A stretch of 64,000 bases of DNA from assembly GCA_964291295.2 (NCBI GenBank), contig OZ219754.1, forward strand, positions 1,408,001 through 1,472,000. The letters run 5' to 3'. The stretch comes from an uncultured Candidatus Binatia bacterium. GTDB taxonomy: Bacteria > Desulfobacterota > Binatia > UBA9968 > JAJDTQ01. Positions within the stretch are counted from its first letter, which is position 1, and the number at the start of each line of letters is the position of its first letter. Positions 13,155 through 22,836 of this stretch are shown in pieces. A program made the translations under genes and the position numbers. Below the pieces are notes generated by a model. It worked only from the letters and a program-made list of their open reading frames with translations, did not search any database and had not been told where the DNA came from.

Positions 13155-13651
13155 ATGCCTCGCATCAGCCATCCACCGATCCGGGCCATCCGGTTTGGCG
13201 AAAAGACCACGTCGGCCGGCGTCCAACGCCATGTGATCGACAAGGTCGAATCCTCGATCTTCGATCCGGCCAGGACCATCGCGACTGCTTCCGCCATCGC
13301 AAGGAGACCGCCTTCCGGGCCGGCAGGCTGATGGGTCGATACCATCCGTGGACATGCGGCCAGGGGACAGAGCTTCGCTTTCGAGACGACCTTGAGCGGG
13401 CGCGCCCGTTCGATCCCGTGCTGGCGGGCGCAGGGGTATCGTGTCAGCCTGTTCTTCCTGCGGCTGCCGACGCCGGAAACGGCGCTCGCCCGCGTCCGGC
13501 GCGGAGGGCGGGCACGATGTGCCGGAGGCGCTCGTTCGCGGCCGGATGGTGCAACCTTGACCGGGTCTGTCGGGTGCTGGGCGACGAATGGGCCATCTAC
13601 GACAATGCCGGGCCAGCCCCGATACTGTTCGCGAAGGGAGGGAACGAATGA
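13155..13651 (+). pseudogene. Frameshifted zeta-toxin/AAA-like P-loop ATPase
   Basis: Fragments in different frames: eroded GEKTT P-loop, AFRAGRLM, SFAFETTLSGR...GYRVSLFFLRLPTPETALARV, GGHDVPE, EWAIYDNAGPAP. Confidence 0.7.
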
Positions 13652-13776
13652 CGCCGACAAAGCGCGGGCGGGAGAAACCGGAGCGCCCCGCCCGCGATCC
13701 GGACATGGCCGGCGCCGATGCGGCCCGGCTGAGGGCAGCCATGGCCGCCCGCCGCCGGGTCGTGGACTTCGAATGA
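13648..13776 (+). CDS. Short putative partner (antitoxin-like) of the zeta-like ATPase, probably truncated
   Basis: ATGA overlap with upstream stop; RBS GGGAGG; DPDMAGADAARLRAA. Confidence 0.4.
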   Translation: MTPTKRGREKPERPARDPDMAGADAARLRAAMAARRRVVDFE

Positions 13777-14137
13777 GCGTCTATCGGAAATGTTGTCGTG
13801 AAAAAATCGAAGCGCCCACATGGACTCATTCGGCCGCAGCAACAGGGATGTGCGGCTCCAGCGCATCGCCCGGCGGGAACCTGGAAACCCGTATCATGGC
13901 CTCGCGCGATGCTGCGAGTGTAGAGATCGAAACCTCACCGGTCATGCGCGGAACGGTTCTGCCGCGGGTGCCGATGAGGGTTTCGGACGCGGTGGAGGAT
14001 GCCTTTTCTCATTCTACGCCGCGACGGTGGGGAAAGTTCTTGCTGGTCGTGTCCCAGCCGGAGGTGCAAGAACCTGGCACCCTTCGCGGCTCGCGGCGGG
14101 AAGGATCGGCTTGCTCGGGCCGCTCTTTTGCGTTTGC

Positions 14138-15223
14138 TCACGGCTGCTCGGCCAGAAGCACCAGGAGTGGATGGTTGATGTAGAGGTTCTCGCGCCCCGC
14201 CTTGACTTGTTCGAGGACGCCTTGGGCTGCGAGGGCTTTCAGGTAGACGGTGGCCGTCTGACGCTTGGCGATGTCCGCTGCAACCACGTCGCTGATCCGG
14301 CAGTAGGGATGCACAAAGATCAGTTCCGCCAACTCCCGGGAGTAGATTTTCGGCATTCTCTGTCGAATTGCGGCTCCCGTCTCGTCGAGAAGCCCTCGGA
14401 TCGCGCCGATTTTCGCCGTCGTCCATTCCGCCGTGGCTTTGACAGCCTCCAGAATGAAGAGTATCCATGGTTCCCAGTTCTGCCGGGTCGTCACCTCCAG
14501 CAGATACCGGTAGTAGAGCGCCTTGTTCCGGATGAGGTGCCGGCTGAGGTAGAGGACGGGAATGTCGAGCAGCCCCTTGTCGACGAGATAGAGCAGGTTC
14601 AGCACGCGTCCGGTCCGGCCGTTTCCGTCGGCGAACGGATGGATCGCCTCAAACTGATAATGCATGACGGCAAGGCGGATCAGCGGGTCGATCTCCTCGG
14701 TCTCGTGAATGTAGCGCTCCCAATTGGCGAGCTTGCTCCGGAGAACATCCTCTCCCTCCGGCGGCGTGTAGACGATCTGCCGGGTTGCATCGTTCACCAA
14801 CGCCGTCCCCGGCGTGTTGCGAACGTCGAGCGCCACTCCCTTGATCGTTCGACAGACTTCGACCGCGATCGCGGTGGAAACTGGCCGTTGGTTCAGCATT
14901 TCGAAACCGCGGTGCAATGCGGTGCGGTAGCGCAGAGCTTCCTTGGTGGCAGGATCGGCTCGCCCTGTCGCATCGTTGGCATAGCGGAACAGCCGGTCGG
15001 CCGTCGCGACGATGTTCTCGATCTCGGAACTCGCCTGCGCTTCAAGCAGGGGGATCGAGTTGATCAGCATCGCCTGGTTCGGGATGAAATTCCCGGAGAC
15101 ACGGAGCTCCGCCAGTGCCGCACGCGCGGCAATGCAACTCCGGAGAATGGCCCTGGTCTCGGTTTCCGAAGCCGGCGGCAGGTTGGGAAGGTCATTGAAG
15201 GGGCGACTGGGGTCGAACGCCAT
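14138..15223 (-). CDS. Fic-family protein adenylyltransferase with C-terminal HTH (SoFic-like)
   Basis: Canonical HPFADGNGRTGR motif; N-terminal inhibitory SSEIEN motif; KRQTATVYLKAL HTH-like region. Confidence 0.92.
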   Translation of the reverse strand: MAFDPSRPFNDLPNLPPASETETRAILRSCIAARAALAELRVSGNFIPNQAMLINSIPLLEAQASSEIENIVATADRLFRYANDATGRADPATKEALRYRTALHRGFEMLNQRPVSTAIAVEVCRTIKGVALDVRNTPGTALVNDATRQIVYTPPEGEDVLRSKLANWERYIHETEEIDPLIRLAVMHYQFEAIHPFADGNGRTGRVLNLLYLVDKGLLDIPVLYLSRHLIRNKALYYRYLLEVTTRQNWEPWILFILEAVKATAEWTTAKIGAIRGLLDETGAAIRQRMPKIYSRELAELIFVHPYCRISDVVAADIAKRQTATVYLKALAAQGVLEQVKAGRENLYINHPLLVLLAEQP

Positions 15224-15321
15224 GTCGATGTATCCTGCTCCCGTCGACACATGTTTCGAACATGTCGATCTTATCGACACCTCACTCCAACATGTCGATA
15301 CAGAGAGAATATATCGACATT
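15221..15321. promoter_or_regulatory. Three inverted-repeat boxes ATGTCGAT...(A/G)TCGACA upstream of fic
   Basis: Half-site pairs at 15222-15250, 15262-15280 and 15292-15320. Confidence 0.6.
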
Positions 15322-15715
15322 CGGGACGGTGGCAAGCAGATGGGCCGGTAATGTTGAGCGCTGTCAACAAGGCGTCCATCGCGTGCAGCCGATCCCCGAA
15401 CACCTGCCTGTCGTGCTGCTCGTCGCCCTTGCTCCTCATGACGGCATGATATGAAAAGAGAGGGTCTGGGGCCTGGCAAGGTTGGGCGGTGCCGGCAGGT
15501 GTGCGGCGGCAGTGCTGCCGGTACGCCGGAACCGATTGGCGGCCGCGAACCGCCCGTGGCCGATACCCGATGCGGTATCGGAGTTGCGCACCGTTGGACG
15601 AAGCCTCCATGCGGTGCCCCTCTTGGGGTCGTGGAGCACGAATACAGGATCCATTTCAGCTGTCTGAATGGTGAAGACAGGGGCTTTGTCGTTGATTCCT
15701 GGCCAAGTCAGTCCC

Positions 15716-15898
15716 ATGTCGGGCTTGCTCGGAGATGTGCGCAAGGAGGAGGGGGCGACGCCGGCGAAGAGAAGGATGACGCTCAACCTCACGGAAGCGG
15801 AGATGGCAGTCCTGGAGGCGCTGAGGGAGAAGAGGGAACTGCGCAAGACAGCGCTGCTGCGCAACGGCCTTTGGATGTATCAGGTGATGGAAGCTTGA
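15716..15898 (+). CDS. Small ribbon-helix-helix/CopG-like DNA-binding protein (may be truncated)
   Basis: [35 protein letters not shown] beta-helix-helix pattern. Confidence 0.5.
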   Translation: MSGLLGDVRKEEGATPAKRRMTLNLTEAEMAVLEALREKRELRKTALLRNGLWMYQVMEA

Positions 15899-15911
15899 CA
15901 GGTGCGCATGG

Positions 15912-16826
15912 ATGGACAAGCGCGTGTTGACCTTGAGTCACCTGGATCGTCTGGAGTCGGAGAGCATGCACATCCTTCGGGAGGTGGCGGCGGAGTTCCG
16001 CAATCCGGTGTTGCTGTACTCCATCGGCAAGGACTCGACCGTCGTGCTTCATCTGGCCCTCAAGGCGTTTGCGCCGGGCAAGCCGCCGTTCCCGCTGTTG
16101 CATGTGGACACCACCTGGAAGTTTCGGGAGATGATCCGGTTCCGCGACCAGACCGCCGCGCGTCTGGGACTCGACCTCATCGTCCACGTCAACGAGGAGG
16201 GGCTGGCCCGGGGTATCGGTCCGTGCAGCCATGGCTCCCGGTTGCACACCGATGTGATGAAGACGGAGGCGCTGAAGCAGGCCCTCGACCGGCACGGGTT
16301 CGATGCGGCCATCGGCGGGGCCAGGCGGGACGAGGAGCGGTCGCGCGCCAAGGAGCGGGTCTTTTCCTTTCGCAGCGACTCGCACCGCTGGGATCCGAAG
16401 AACCAGCGCCCGGAACTCTGGACACTCTACAATACGCGCATGGCGCCCGGAGAAAGCGTCCGCGTATTCCCGTTGTCCAACTGGACCGAACTCGACGTCT
16501 GGCACTACATCCACCGGGAGAAGATTCCGGTCGTTTCACTCTATTTCGCCGCCCGGCGGCCGGTGGTCAGACGCGGCGGCCTCCTGATCATGGTCGATGA
16601 CCACCGGCTGCCTCTCGGGCCCGGCGAGAAGGCGGCCGAGATGCGGGTCCGTTTCCGTACCCTGGGCTGTTACCCGCTTACCGGGGCCATCGAATCGAAT
16701 GCGTCCACGGTCCGGGAGATCGCCGCGGAGTTGATGCGCAGCCGCGGTTCGGAGCGCCAAGGCCGAGCCATCGACAACGACCAGATGGGTTCCATGGAGA
16801 GGAAAAAGCGGGAGGGCTATTTCTGA
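15912..16826 (+). CDS. cysD: Sulfate adenylyltransferase subunit 2 (CysD/NodP)
   Basis: [42 protein letters not shown]. Confidence 0.96.
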   Translation: MDKRVLTLSHLDRLESESMHILREVAAEFRNPVLLYSIGKDSTVVLHLALKAFAPGKPPFPLLHVDTTWKFREMIRFRDQTAARLGLDLIVHVNEEGLARGIGPCSHGSRLHTDVMKTEALKQALDRHGFDAAIGGARRDEERSRAKERVFSFRSDSHRWDPKNQRPELWTLYNTRMAPGESVRVFPLSNWTELDVWHYIHREKIPVVSLYFAARRPVVRRGGLLIMVDDHRLPLGPGEKAAEMRVRFRTLGCYPLTGAIESNASTVREIAAELMRSRGSERQGRAIDNDQMGSMERKKREGYF

Positions 16827-18757
16827 TGGAGGGGGATGCGGTTCCGGCCGCCGCGCCGCTCGACGTCGATGCCATGCTGGCCGCCCGGAACCGGAAGGAC
16901 CAACTCCGTTTTGTCATCTGCGGCTCGGTGGACGACGGCAAGTCGACCCTGCTCGGCCGCCTGCTGTACGACACGAAGAACGTCTTCGAGGACCAACTTT
17001 CGGCGGTGGCGGTGGAAAGCCGGACCTACGGCACCCGGGGCGATGCGGTGGATCTGGCGCTGCTGGTGGACGGCCTGCAGGCCGAGCGTGAACAAGGGAT
17101 CACCATCGACGTCGCCTACCGCTATTTCGAAACCGGCAGGCGCCGGTTCACCGCCATCGACGCACCGGGCCATGAGCAGTACACGCGCAACATGGCCACG
17201 GGCGCCTCGAAAGCCGATGCCGCGCTGGTTCTCGTCGATGTGCGAAAAGGCGTTCGCACCCAGACCCGCCGCCACAGCCGGGTGGTATCGCTCATGGGTA
17301 TCCGCCGGGCGATCCTCGCGGTCAACAAGATGGACCTGGTCGATTACGACCGCCATCTGTTCTGTGCCGTTGTCGAGGAATATCGGAGCGCCGTCCGGGA
17401 GATGGGGTTCGAGGAGATCGGTGCGGTGCCGATCTCGGCACTGACGGGCGAGAACGTGCGCGCGGCTCTCGGCGGCACGTCCTGGTACGACGGCCCGCCC
17501 TTGCTGGAACTTCTGGAGACGGTCGAGGCGGGACGGGACGAGACGGCTGGCGCGTTTCGCATGCCGGTACAGTGGATCAATCGGCCGCATGGGGATTTCC
17601 GGGGCTTCAGCGGCACGGTCGCTTCCGGCCAGGTCGAGCGGGGCATGGGCGTGGTCGCCAGCCTGTCGGGCCGGCGGTCGACAGTCGAGCGCATTCTCGG
17701 GCCTTCCGGCGATCTCGACCGGGCGGTCCCGGGCCAGGCCGTCACGCTGGTGCTCGCCGATGACATCGATATCGGCCGCGGCGATACGATCGCGGACGCG
17801 GACAGCCCGCCGGGGGTCGCCAACCAGTTCGCCGCCCATCTGATCTGGATGGATACGCAGCCCATGCTGCCCGAACGCTCCTACGCCTTCCGTTTCGCCA
17901 GCGCCTCGGGGTTCGCCCGGGTCACCGATCTGGCCCATCGAATCGACGCACGCTCGCAGGAGCGGTTGGCCGCCAGGACCCTCGGTCTGAACGAGATCGG
18001 CTATGGCAACATCGCGTTCGACCGTGCCGTACCGTTCGATCCCTATTCGGAGAACCGCCGGACCGGCGGGTTCGTGCTTGTCGACAGGTTCACCCATGCC
18101 ACCGTCGGTGCCGGCATGATCCATTGCGCGCTCCGCCGTGCCCGCAACAGCGCATGGCAGGAGACGAAGGTGGACAAGGCGGTGCGGTCGCGCGCCATGG
18201 ACCAGCGCCCCTGCATCCTCTGGATGACCGGACTGTCCGGGGCAGGCAAGTCAACCATCGCCCGCCGTCTCGAACAGAAGTTGCAGGGGCTGGGGAGGTA
18301 CACCTGTCTCCTGGACGGCGACCATGTCCGCCGCGGACTCAACAGGGACCTGGGCTTCAGCGACGAAGACCGGGTGGAGAACATCCGCCGCATCGCCGAA
18401 GTCGGCAAGCTCATGGTGGATGCCGGGCTGATCGTGATCGTCGCCGTCATCGCGCCATTCCGGGCCGAGCGCCTGATGGCCCGCGCCCTGGTGGCAGAGG
18501 GCGAGTTCGTCGAAATCCATGTGGACGCCCCCCTGGAAGTCTGCGAAGCGCGCGACCCGAAAGGGTTGTATGCCAAGGCCCGCCGGGGCGAGCGGGTCCA
18601 TTTCACCGGCATCGATTCACCCTACGAGCCACCACAAGCCCCGGAACTGCGTATCGACACCACAAGGCTGTCGGTGGACGCTGCGGCGGACGCGGTGATC
18701 GGCTTCCTGCAGGGCGCATGCGGGGTAGAGGTGCGTGGATATGCAGGCGTACCCTAG
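16826..18757 (+). CDS. cysNC: Bifunctional sulfate adenylyltransferase subunit 1 / APS kinase (CysNC/NodQ)
   Basis: GSVDDGKSTL, EREQGITID, DAPGH, NKMD; C-terminal GLSGAGKST, LDGD, RDPKGLY. Confidence 0.95.
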   Translation: MEGDAVPAAAPLDVDAMLAARNRKDQLRFVICGSVDDGKSTLLGRLLYDTKNVFEDQLSAVAVESRTYGTRGDAVDLALLVDGLQAEREQGITIDVAYRYFETGRRRFTAIDAPGHEQYTRNMATGASKADAALVLVDVRKGVRTQTRRHSRVVSLMGIRRAILAVNKMDLVDYDRHLFCAVVEEYRSAVREMGFEEIGAVPISALTGENVRAALGGTSWYDGPPLLELLETVEAGRDETAGAFRMPVQWINRPHGDFRGFSGTVASGQVERGMGVVASLSGRRSTVERILGPSGDLDRAVPGQAVTLVLADDIDIGRGDTIADADSPPGVANQFAAHLIWMDTQPMLPERSYAFRFASASGFARVTDLAHRIDARSQERLAARTLGLNEIGYGNIAFDRAVPFDPYSENRRTGGFVLVDRFTHATVGAGMIHCALRRARNSAWQETKVDKAVRSRAMDQRPCILWMTGLSGAGKSTIARRLEQKLQGLGRYTCLLDGDHVRRGLNRDLGFSDEDRVENIRRIAEVGKLMVDAGLIVIVAVIAPFRAERLMARALVAEGEFVEIHVDAPLEVCEARDPKGLYAKARRGERVHFTGIDSPYEPPQAPELRIDTTRLSVDAAADAVIGFLQGACGVEVRGYAGVP

Positions 18758-18776
18758 ACTGAAACCCGGAGGTTTC

Positions 18777-19541
18777 ATGAAGACACTGGCCGCGACACTG
18801 GTTCTCGTCCTGGTCTCCTTTCCATTGTCCGTCATCACGGCGTCCGGCGAAGATGCGGCAACGGAAAAGCTGCGCATCGGCGTCGCCCCCGGCTATGTGC
18901 CGTTCAGCTACATCGATCAGGAAGACCGCCTCAAGGGCTTCGACATCGACATCGCCCTGGCCCTCTGCGAGAAGCTGGACGCCGCCTGCGCGTTCGTCCG
19001 GCATGACTGGGAAGGGCTGATCCCCGCGCTTCGGGCCGGCAGGTTCGACGCCATCGTTTCCAGCATGTCGATTACCGGGGAGCGCCGGCGGCGGGTGGCG
19101 TTCACGGACAGGTATTACAGCAACGCCGTTCGCTTCATCGCGCGCAAGGGTTCGGACTTCGACCCGTCCGCGCCGGCGGGACGGACCATCGGCGTGGCGC
19201 GCGCGACGGTGGCCGCGGACTGGCTGGCGGCGAACCTTTCGGAGGTTGCCGACATAAAGCTGTTCACGGACCAGGAAGCGCCCCTGCGGGCACTCGCCCT
19301 GGGCCGCGTGGATGCCCTGTTCGGCGACGGCCTCGGCTACTGGAAATGGTTGCAGACTCCGGCAGGCGCCGACTTCACCTTCACGGGCAAGGAGTACCAT
19401 CTCGACGAAGGCATCGGCATTGCCGTGCGCAAGGAGGACGAGGCGTTGCGCCGCCGCCTCAACCGCGCGCTGCGCGCGATCCTCGATGACGGCACTTACG
19501 GAAAGATCAACGCCCGGTACTTCCCGTTCCCCATCTACTGA
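18777..19541 (+). CDS. Orphan polar amino-acid ABC transporter substrate-binding protein (HisJ/ArgT-like)
   Basis: Signal peptide, YVPFSY, GFDIDIA, SSMSITGERR, DGTYGKINARYF. Confidence 0.88.
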   Translation: MKTLAATLVLVLVSFPLSVITASGEDAATEKLRIGVAPGYVPFSYIDQEDRLKGFDIDIALALCEKLDAACAFVRHDWEGLIPALRAGRFDAIVSSMSITGERRRRVAFTDRYYSNAVRFIARKGSDFDPSAPAGRTIGVARATVAADWLAANLSEVADIKLFTDQEAPLRALALGRVDALFGDGLGYWKWLQTPAGADFTFTGKEYHLDEGIGIAVRKEDEALRRRLNRALRAILDDGTYGKINARYFPFPIY

Positions 19542-19599
19542 GGTCTGTTCATACGGGATGGACCGGCCCGCCGGTCCGGTCGGAAAGCGCGGGCCGGCT

Positions 19600-22008
19600 T
19601 CAGAAAGTGCGGCGCCAGCCGGCCAGAATGCTCCACTCGGGGCCGGCGGCCGCGTCGTGGCCGGGATGCCGGCTCCAGCCCGCGCCCAGGCGCAGTTCGC
19701 CGCCGTTGTCGAGGGAATGGCGCCACTGGGCGGCGATGTCGATCTGCCAGCCGGTGGGTTCGAGGTCCGCGGTCATGGACCGGCGCACGACCCGCCCGTC
19801 TTTGGTGCGGCCCACCGGGATCGAAAGCCTGGCCCGCCCGGCTTCCACACGCAGGGGCCGCCCCACCGACACCGCCAGCGCGTCCCGGCCGCCCAGCGCC
19901 CTTTCCGCACGCAGCACGAACGCACTGGTCGTCAGCGGCGACACGCTTGCGAGCATTCCGCCGCTCACCGCCGTCTTCACGGTGCCGATTTCCGCTCCCG
20001 CGGCCAGGCGCCACGCGCCGGCCCGGAATTCGCCCTCCAGGCCGGCGAAGGCGGACTGGCCCGCCAGCCGGCCGAAGGCGCCGCTCACCTTGCTGCCGAG
20101 CAGGGTCCGGCGCTCGCCCACCATGCCGCCCACAAGGATGAAGGGCTGTTCCGGGGGCCGCCATGTCAGGGCCGCGCCCGACGCCGGCGTCCGGCCCCGC
20201 ATTCCTTCGGTCGAGAAGGCGGCAAAGCCGAATCCGTGCCACCTCGGCACGCCCACCGTCAGGGCCGGCCCGGCCAGGGAAAGGTGTCCGCCGCCGGCGC
20301 CGAAGGGCGCCGCGCCCAGAAGGCCCAGGCGGAACGGGAGGGGTTCCGCGTCCCCTGCGCGGGCGGTCAGCGGGATGGCGCCGGGCCGCAGGATGCCGCC
20401 GGGCTGGCCGGTCCGGGGCGGTGCCATGAAGGATCGCAGCCGGGCGGTCAGGGCGGGGCCGGAGGCGCCGCTGACAAGGCCGCCGAGGGGAAACCAGAAC
20501 GGCGCCCCCAGCGTGTCGAAGGCCACGATTTCCCCGCCGCCGGAGAACGCCTGCGCAAGCCCGTTGCCCAGCGCGCCGCCGGGCGTGAAGCGGGTCCGCG
20601 CCACATGGTTGCCGGGGCTGTCGATGCGCCCGCCCAGCGTGACGGTGGTGACGCCGACCGGTGCCGTGGCGGCGCCCAGGTCCATCAGCCCCTGGCCGTA
20701 GACGCGGCTGTCGGCGTAGATGCCCTGTTTGTTGGCCGTCGCCAGCAGCCGGGCGGCCAACTCCGTGTTGGTCATCTGGCCGCGGAAAAGCTGCTTCATC
20801 ACCATCAGCCCGCCGGTCACGAACGGCGCGGCAAAGGACGTGCCGCTGCCAGTGGCGACGCCCCGCGTGCCAGGGAGGCCGTGGGTGGGGTCGGGTCCGA
20901 AATAGGCTGCCTTGACGGCCTCCCCGGGCGCCGCGATGCACCACCGCGCCGCGATGCCGCAACGGTTGGAGAACGGGGTGATTTCGTAGTCCCCGCCGCC
21001 ATCGCTGTCGGGCGCAACGGCGACGACGGCGAGCACGTGCCCGCGCAGTTCGGCGATGCGCGCCGGCAGGCCGGGTTGGATCTGGACCGACCGGGCGTTG
21101 ACGCGTCCGCCCAAGCAGAGGCCGGAGTTGCCGGGGAAGTCCGCCGGGTCGCAGGGTTTGTCGTGGGCGTTGCCGGCCGCGAACACGAAAACGGTCTTGT
21201 CGGGCGCGCCGGTCTGCGCCAGCGCGGCGATGGTCCCGCCCAGACTCCCGCGCAGCCCCTGTTCGTCGTACTGGTCGATGATTCCGCTGTAGCCCCAGCT
21301 CGCATTGACGAAATCGATCTTCCGGCCGTCGTGGGACCAGTTGGCGGCGCGGGTGAATGCTTGCGCAAGCCTGTCCTCGTCACTGCTCAGGGAGTCGAGG
21401 GAAATCGGAACATACGGGCCGCCGCCCTGTCCGAGCCTGACGGCGAGCAGCGCCAGGTCGGCGCCCGGTGCGACCCCGTGCGCAGCGCCCCGGGCGGTAT
21501 GCGCGGCCGTCGGCCGCCCGGCGATTACGCTCGCGACCATCGTGCCGTGCGAGGAGATGCGGCCGCCGGCGGCACCCGTTCCATCAAGGATGTGCTCGCT
21601 CACCGTCTTGCGGGCAAACGCCGGGTGGCCGGTATCGAGACCGTCGTCGATCAGCCCGGCGGTTTGACCGCCGCCCGGTTCGACGCCGGTGCCGTGCGCC
21701 AGTTCGAGTTGCGCATAGGCCCGGTCCGCGCGGATCGCGGCCAGGCCCCACTGGTTTTTGAACTCCGCCCGGCCGCCATGGCGCGCGGCCAGCGTCTGAC
21801 GCTCCCGCCGCCAACTCTGCGCGGAGAGGCACCCGAAATCCGCGGTTGGAATGGCGTCCGGCGGCGTGCAGACAGGCGCCGTCCGCGGCGGCTCGGGCGG
21901 CCGGGGAGGGCCAGCCGCGCCGCCGCCGCACGCTGAAACGAGCAGGGCCGAAACGAGCAGCGGCGGGAGCAGCGCGGCCGCACCGGGCAGGCGCCGGCCA
22001 GATGCCAT
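19600..22008 (-). CDS. Lipidated S8 subtilisin-like protease with autotransporter-type C-terminal beta domain
   Basis: Lipobox LVSA-C, Pro-rich linker, catalytic LIDDG / SHGT / GTSFAAP, AAGN; C-terminal amphipathic strands ending in WRRTF. Confidence 0.85.
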   Translation of the reverse strand: MASGRRLPGAAALLPPLLVSALLVSACGGGAAGPPRPPEPPRTAPVCTPPDAIPTADFGCLSAQSWRRERQTLAARHGGRAEFKNQWGLAAIRADRAYAQLELAHGTGVEPGGGQTAGLIDDGLDTGHPAFARKTVSEHILDGTGAAGGRISSHGTMVASVIAGRPTAAHTARGAAHGVAPGADLALLAVRLGQGGGPYVPISLDSLSSDEDRLAQAFTRAANWSHDGRKIDFVNASWGYSGIIDQYDEQGLRGSLGGTIAALAQTGAPDKTVFVFAAGNAHDKPCDPADFPGNSGLCLGGRVNARSVQIQPGLPARIAELRGHVLAVVAVAPDSDGGGDYEITPFSNRCGIAARWCIAAPGEAVKAAYFGPDPTHGLPGTRGVATGSGTSFAAPFVTGGLMVMKQLFRGQMTNTELAARLLATANKQGIYADSRVYGQGLMDLGAATAPVGVTTVTLGGRIDSPGNHVARTRFTPGGALGNGLAQAFSGGGEIVAFDTLGAPFWFPLGGLVSGASGPALTARLRSFMAPPRTGQPGGILRPGAIPLTARAGDAEPLPFRLGLLGAAPFGAGGGHLSLAGPALTVGVPRWHGFGFAAFSTEGMRGRTPASGAALTWRPPEQPFILVGGMVGERRTLLGSKVSGAFGRLAGQSAFAGLEGEFRAGAWRLAAGAEIGTVKTAVSGGMLASVSPLTTSAFVLRAERALGGRDALAVSVGRPLRVEAGRARLSIPVGRTKDGRVVRRSMTADLEPTGWQIDIAAQWRHSLDNGGELRLGAGWSRHPGHDAAAGPEWSILAGWRRTF

Positions 22009-22207
22009 CAAGCGCCTCACGACGGTGATTCCTTCGCCCTTCGCCGTATTCGGCTGGCACCTGTTCGCGGCGAGAGGAAGGAGACGATACGGAGGATGAT
22101 ACCGGAGACGATACCGTCGCGGTTCCGGATGGCTTCGATCCAGGGTGTGTTGACACGATTCATGACCGGCTCCGGCTCCACCATCGATGAGACTGCCGGG
22201 GTGGCGC

Positions 22208-22249
22208 GGCGTCGTCACACACGGCGTCGTCACACACGGCGTCGTCACA
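22208..22249. repeat. 15-nt tandem repeat GGCGTCGTCACACAC x~2.8 at the NYN gene stop
   Basis: Direct reading. Confidence 0.9.
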
Positions 22250-22754
22250 GCTTGGCCAGGTAGTCCCGGCGTCTCCGCTCGCTCCTGGAAAGCCGCCGGG
22301 GGTTGCCTTTCTTTTGCCCGTCCCGGCCCCGGGGCGGACCGCCGTCGTCGTCCTCCATGGGATCGGGCGCCCCCGGAACCGGTCTCATCCTGGCGAGAAA
22401 CTGATTGACGTACACGGCCACGGCGCCGCTCCTCTCCACGCTGCGGCGCAGTTCGCGATCGGAGGTCACGACCACGCACGTGTCCCCCAGTTCGCGGGCA
22501 AGGCGTTCGATGACGGCGTCGGCCTTCTCTCCGTAGCGGGAGAACACGACCGTCACTTCCCCCACCTGCTCGCGTGTCTCTTCGGTACGGCCGGCCCGCC
22601 ACCCGTCGAAGACGGTGGTCAGCCAATGGCCGGTGCGCGCCTGGTATCGGGCCGCCTCCCTGATGAGGTCGGTGCGCTTCTGCTCCAGATCCCCGCGCAG
22701 GCCATGTTCGCTGCCGATGACGTTGTAGCCGTCGACCACGATATGGAACGGCAT
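22245..22754 (-). CDS. NYN-domain ribonuclease (YacP/Rae1-like)
   Basis: IVVDGYNVI, TVFDG, ADAVIE, VVTSDREL. Confidence 0.88.
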   Translation of the reverse strand: MPFHIVVDGYNVIGSEHGLRGDLEQKRTDLIREAARYQARTGHWLTTVFDGWRAGRTEETREQVGEVTVVFSRYGEKADAVIERLARELGDTCVVVTSDRELRRSVERSGAVAVYVNQFLARMRPVPGAPDPMEDDDGGPPRGRDGQKKGNPRRLSRSERRRRDYLAKL

Positions 22755-22836
22755 GGATGGATTCTCCGTGTGAACCGACGTGAAGTCCCGAAATATACCC
22801 GCTTCCGCCAACGGGTGCGAATGCGGCCGAGGAGTG

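Noticed and set aside
13777-14137. Possible gene remnant between the zeta-like pair and fic
   Set aside because: None of the frames I translated gave a recognisable motif
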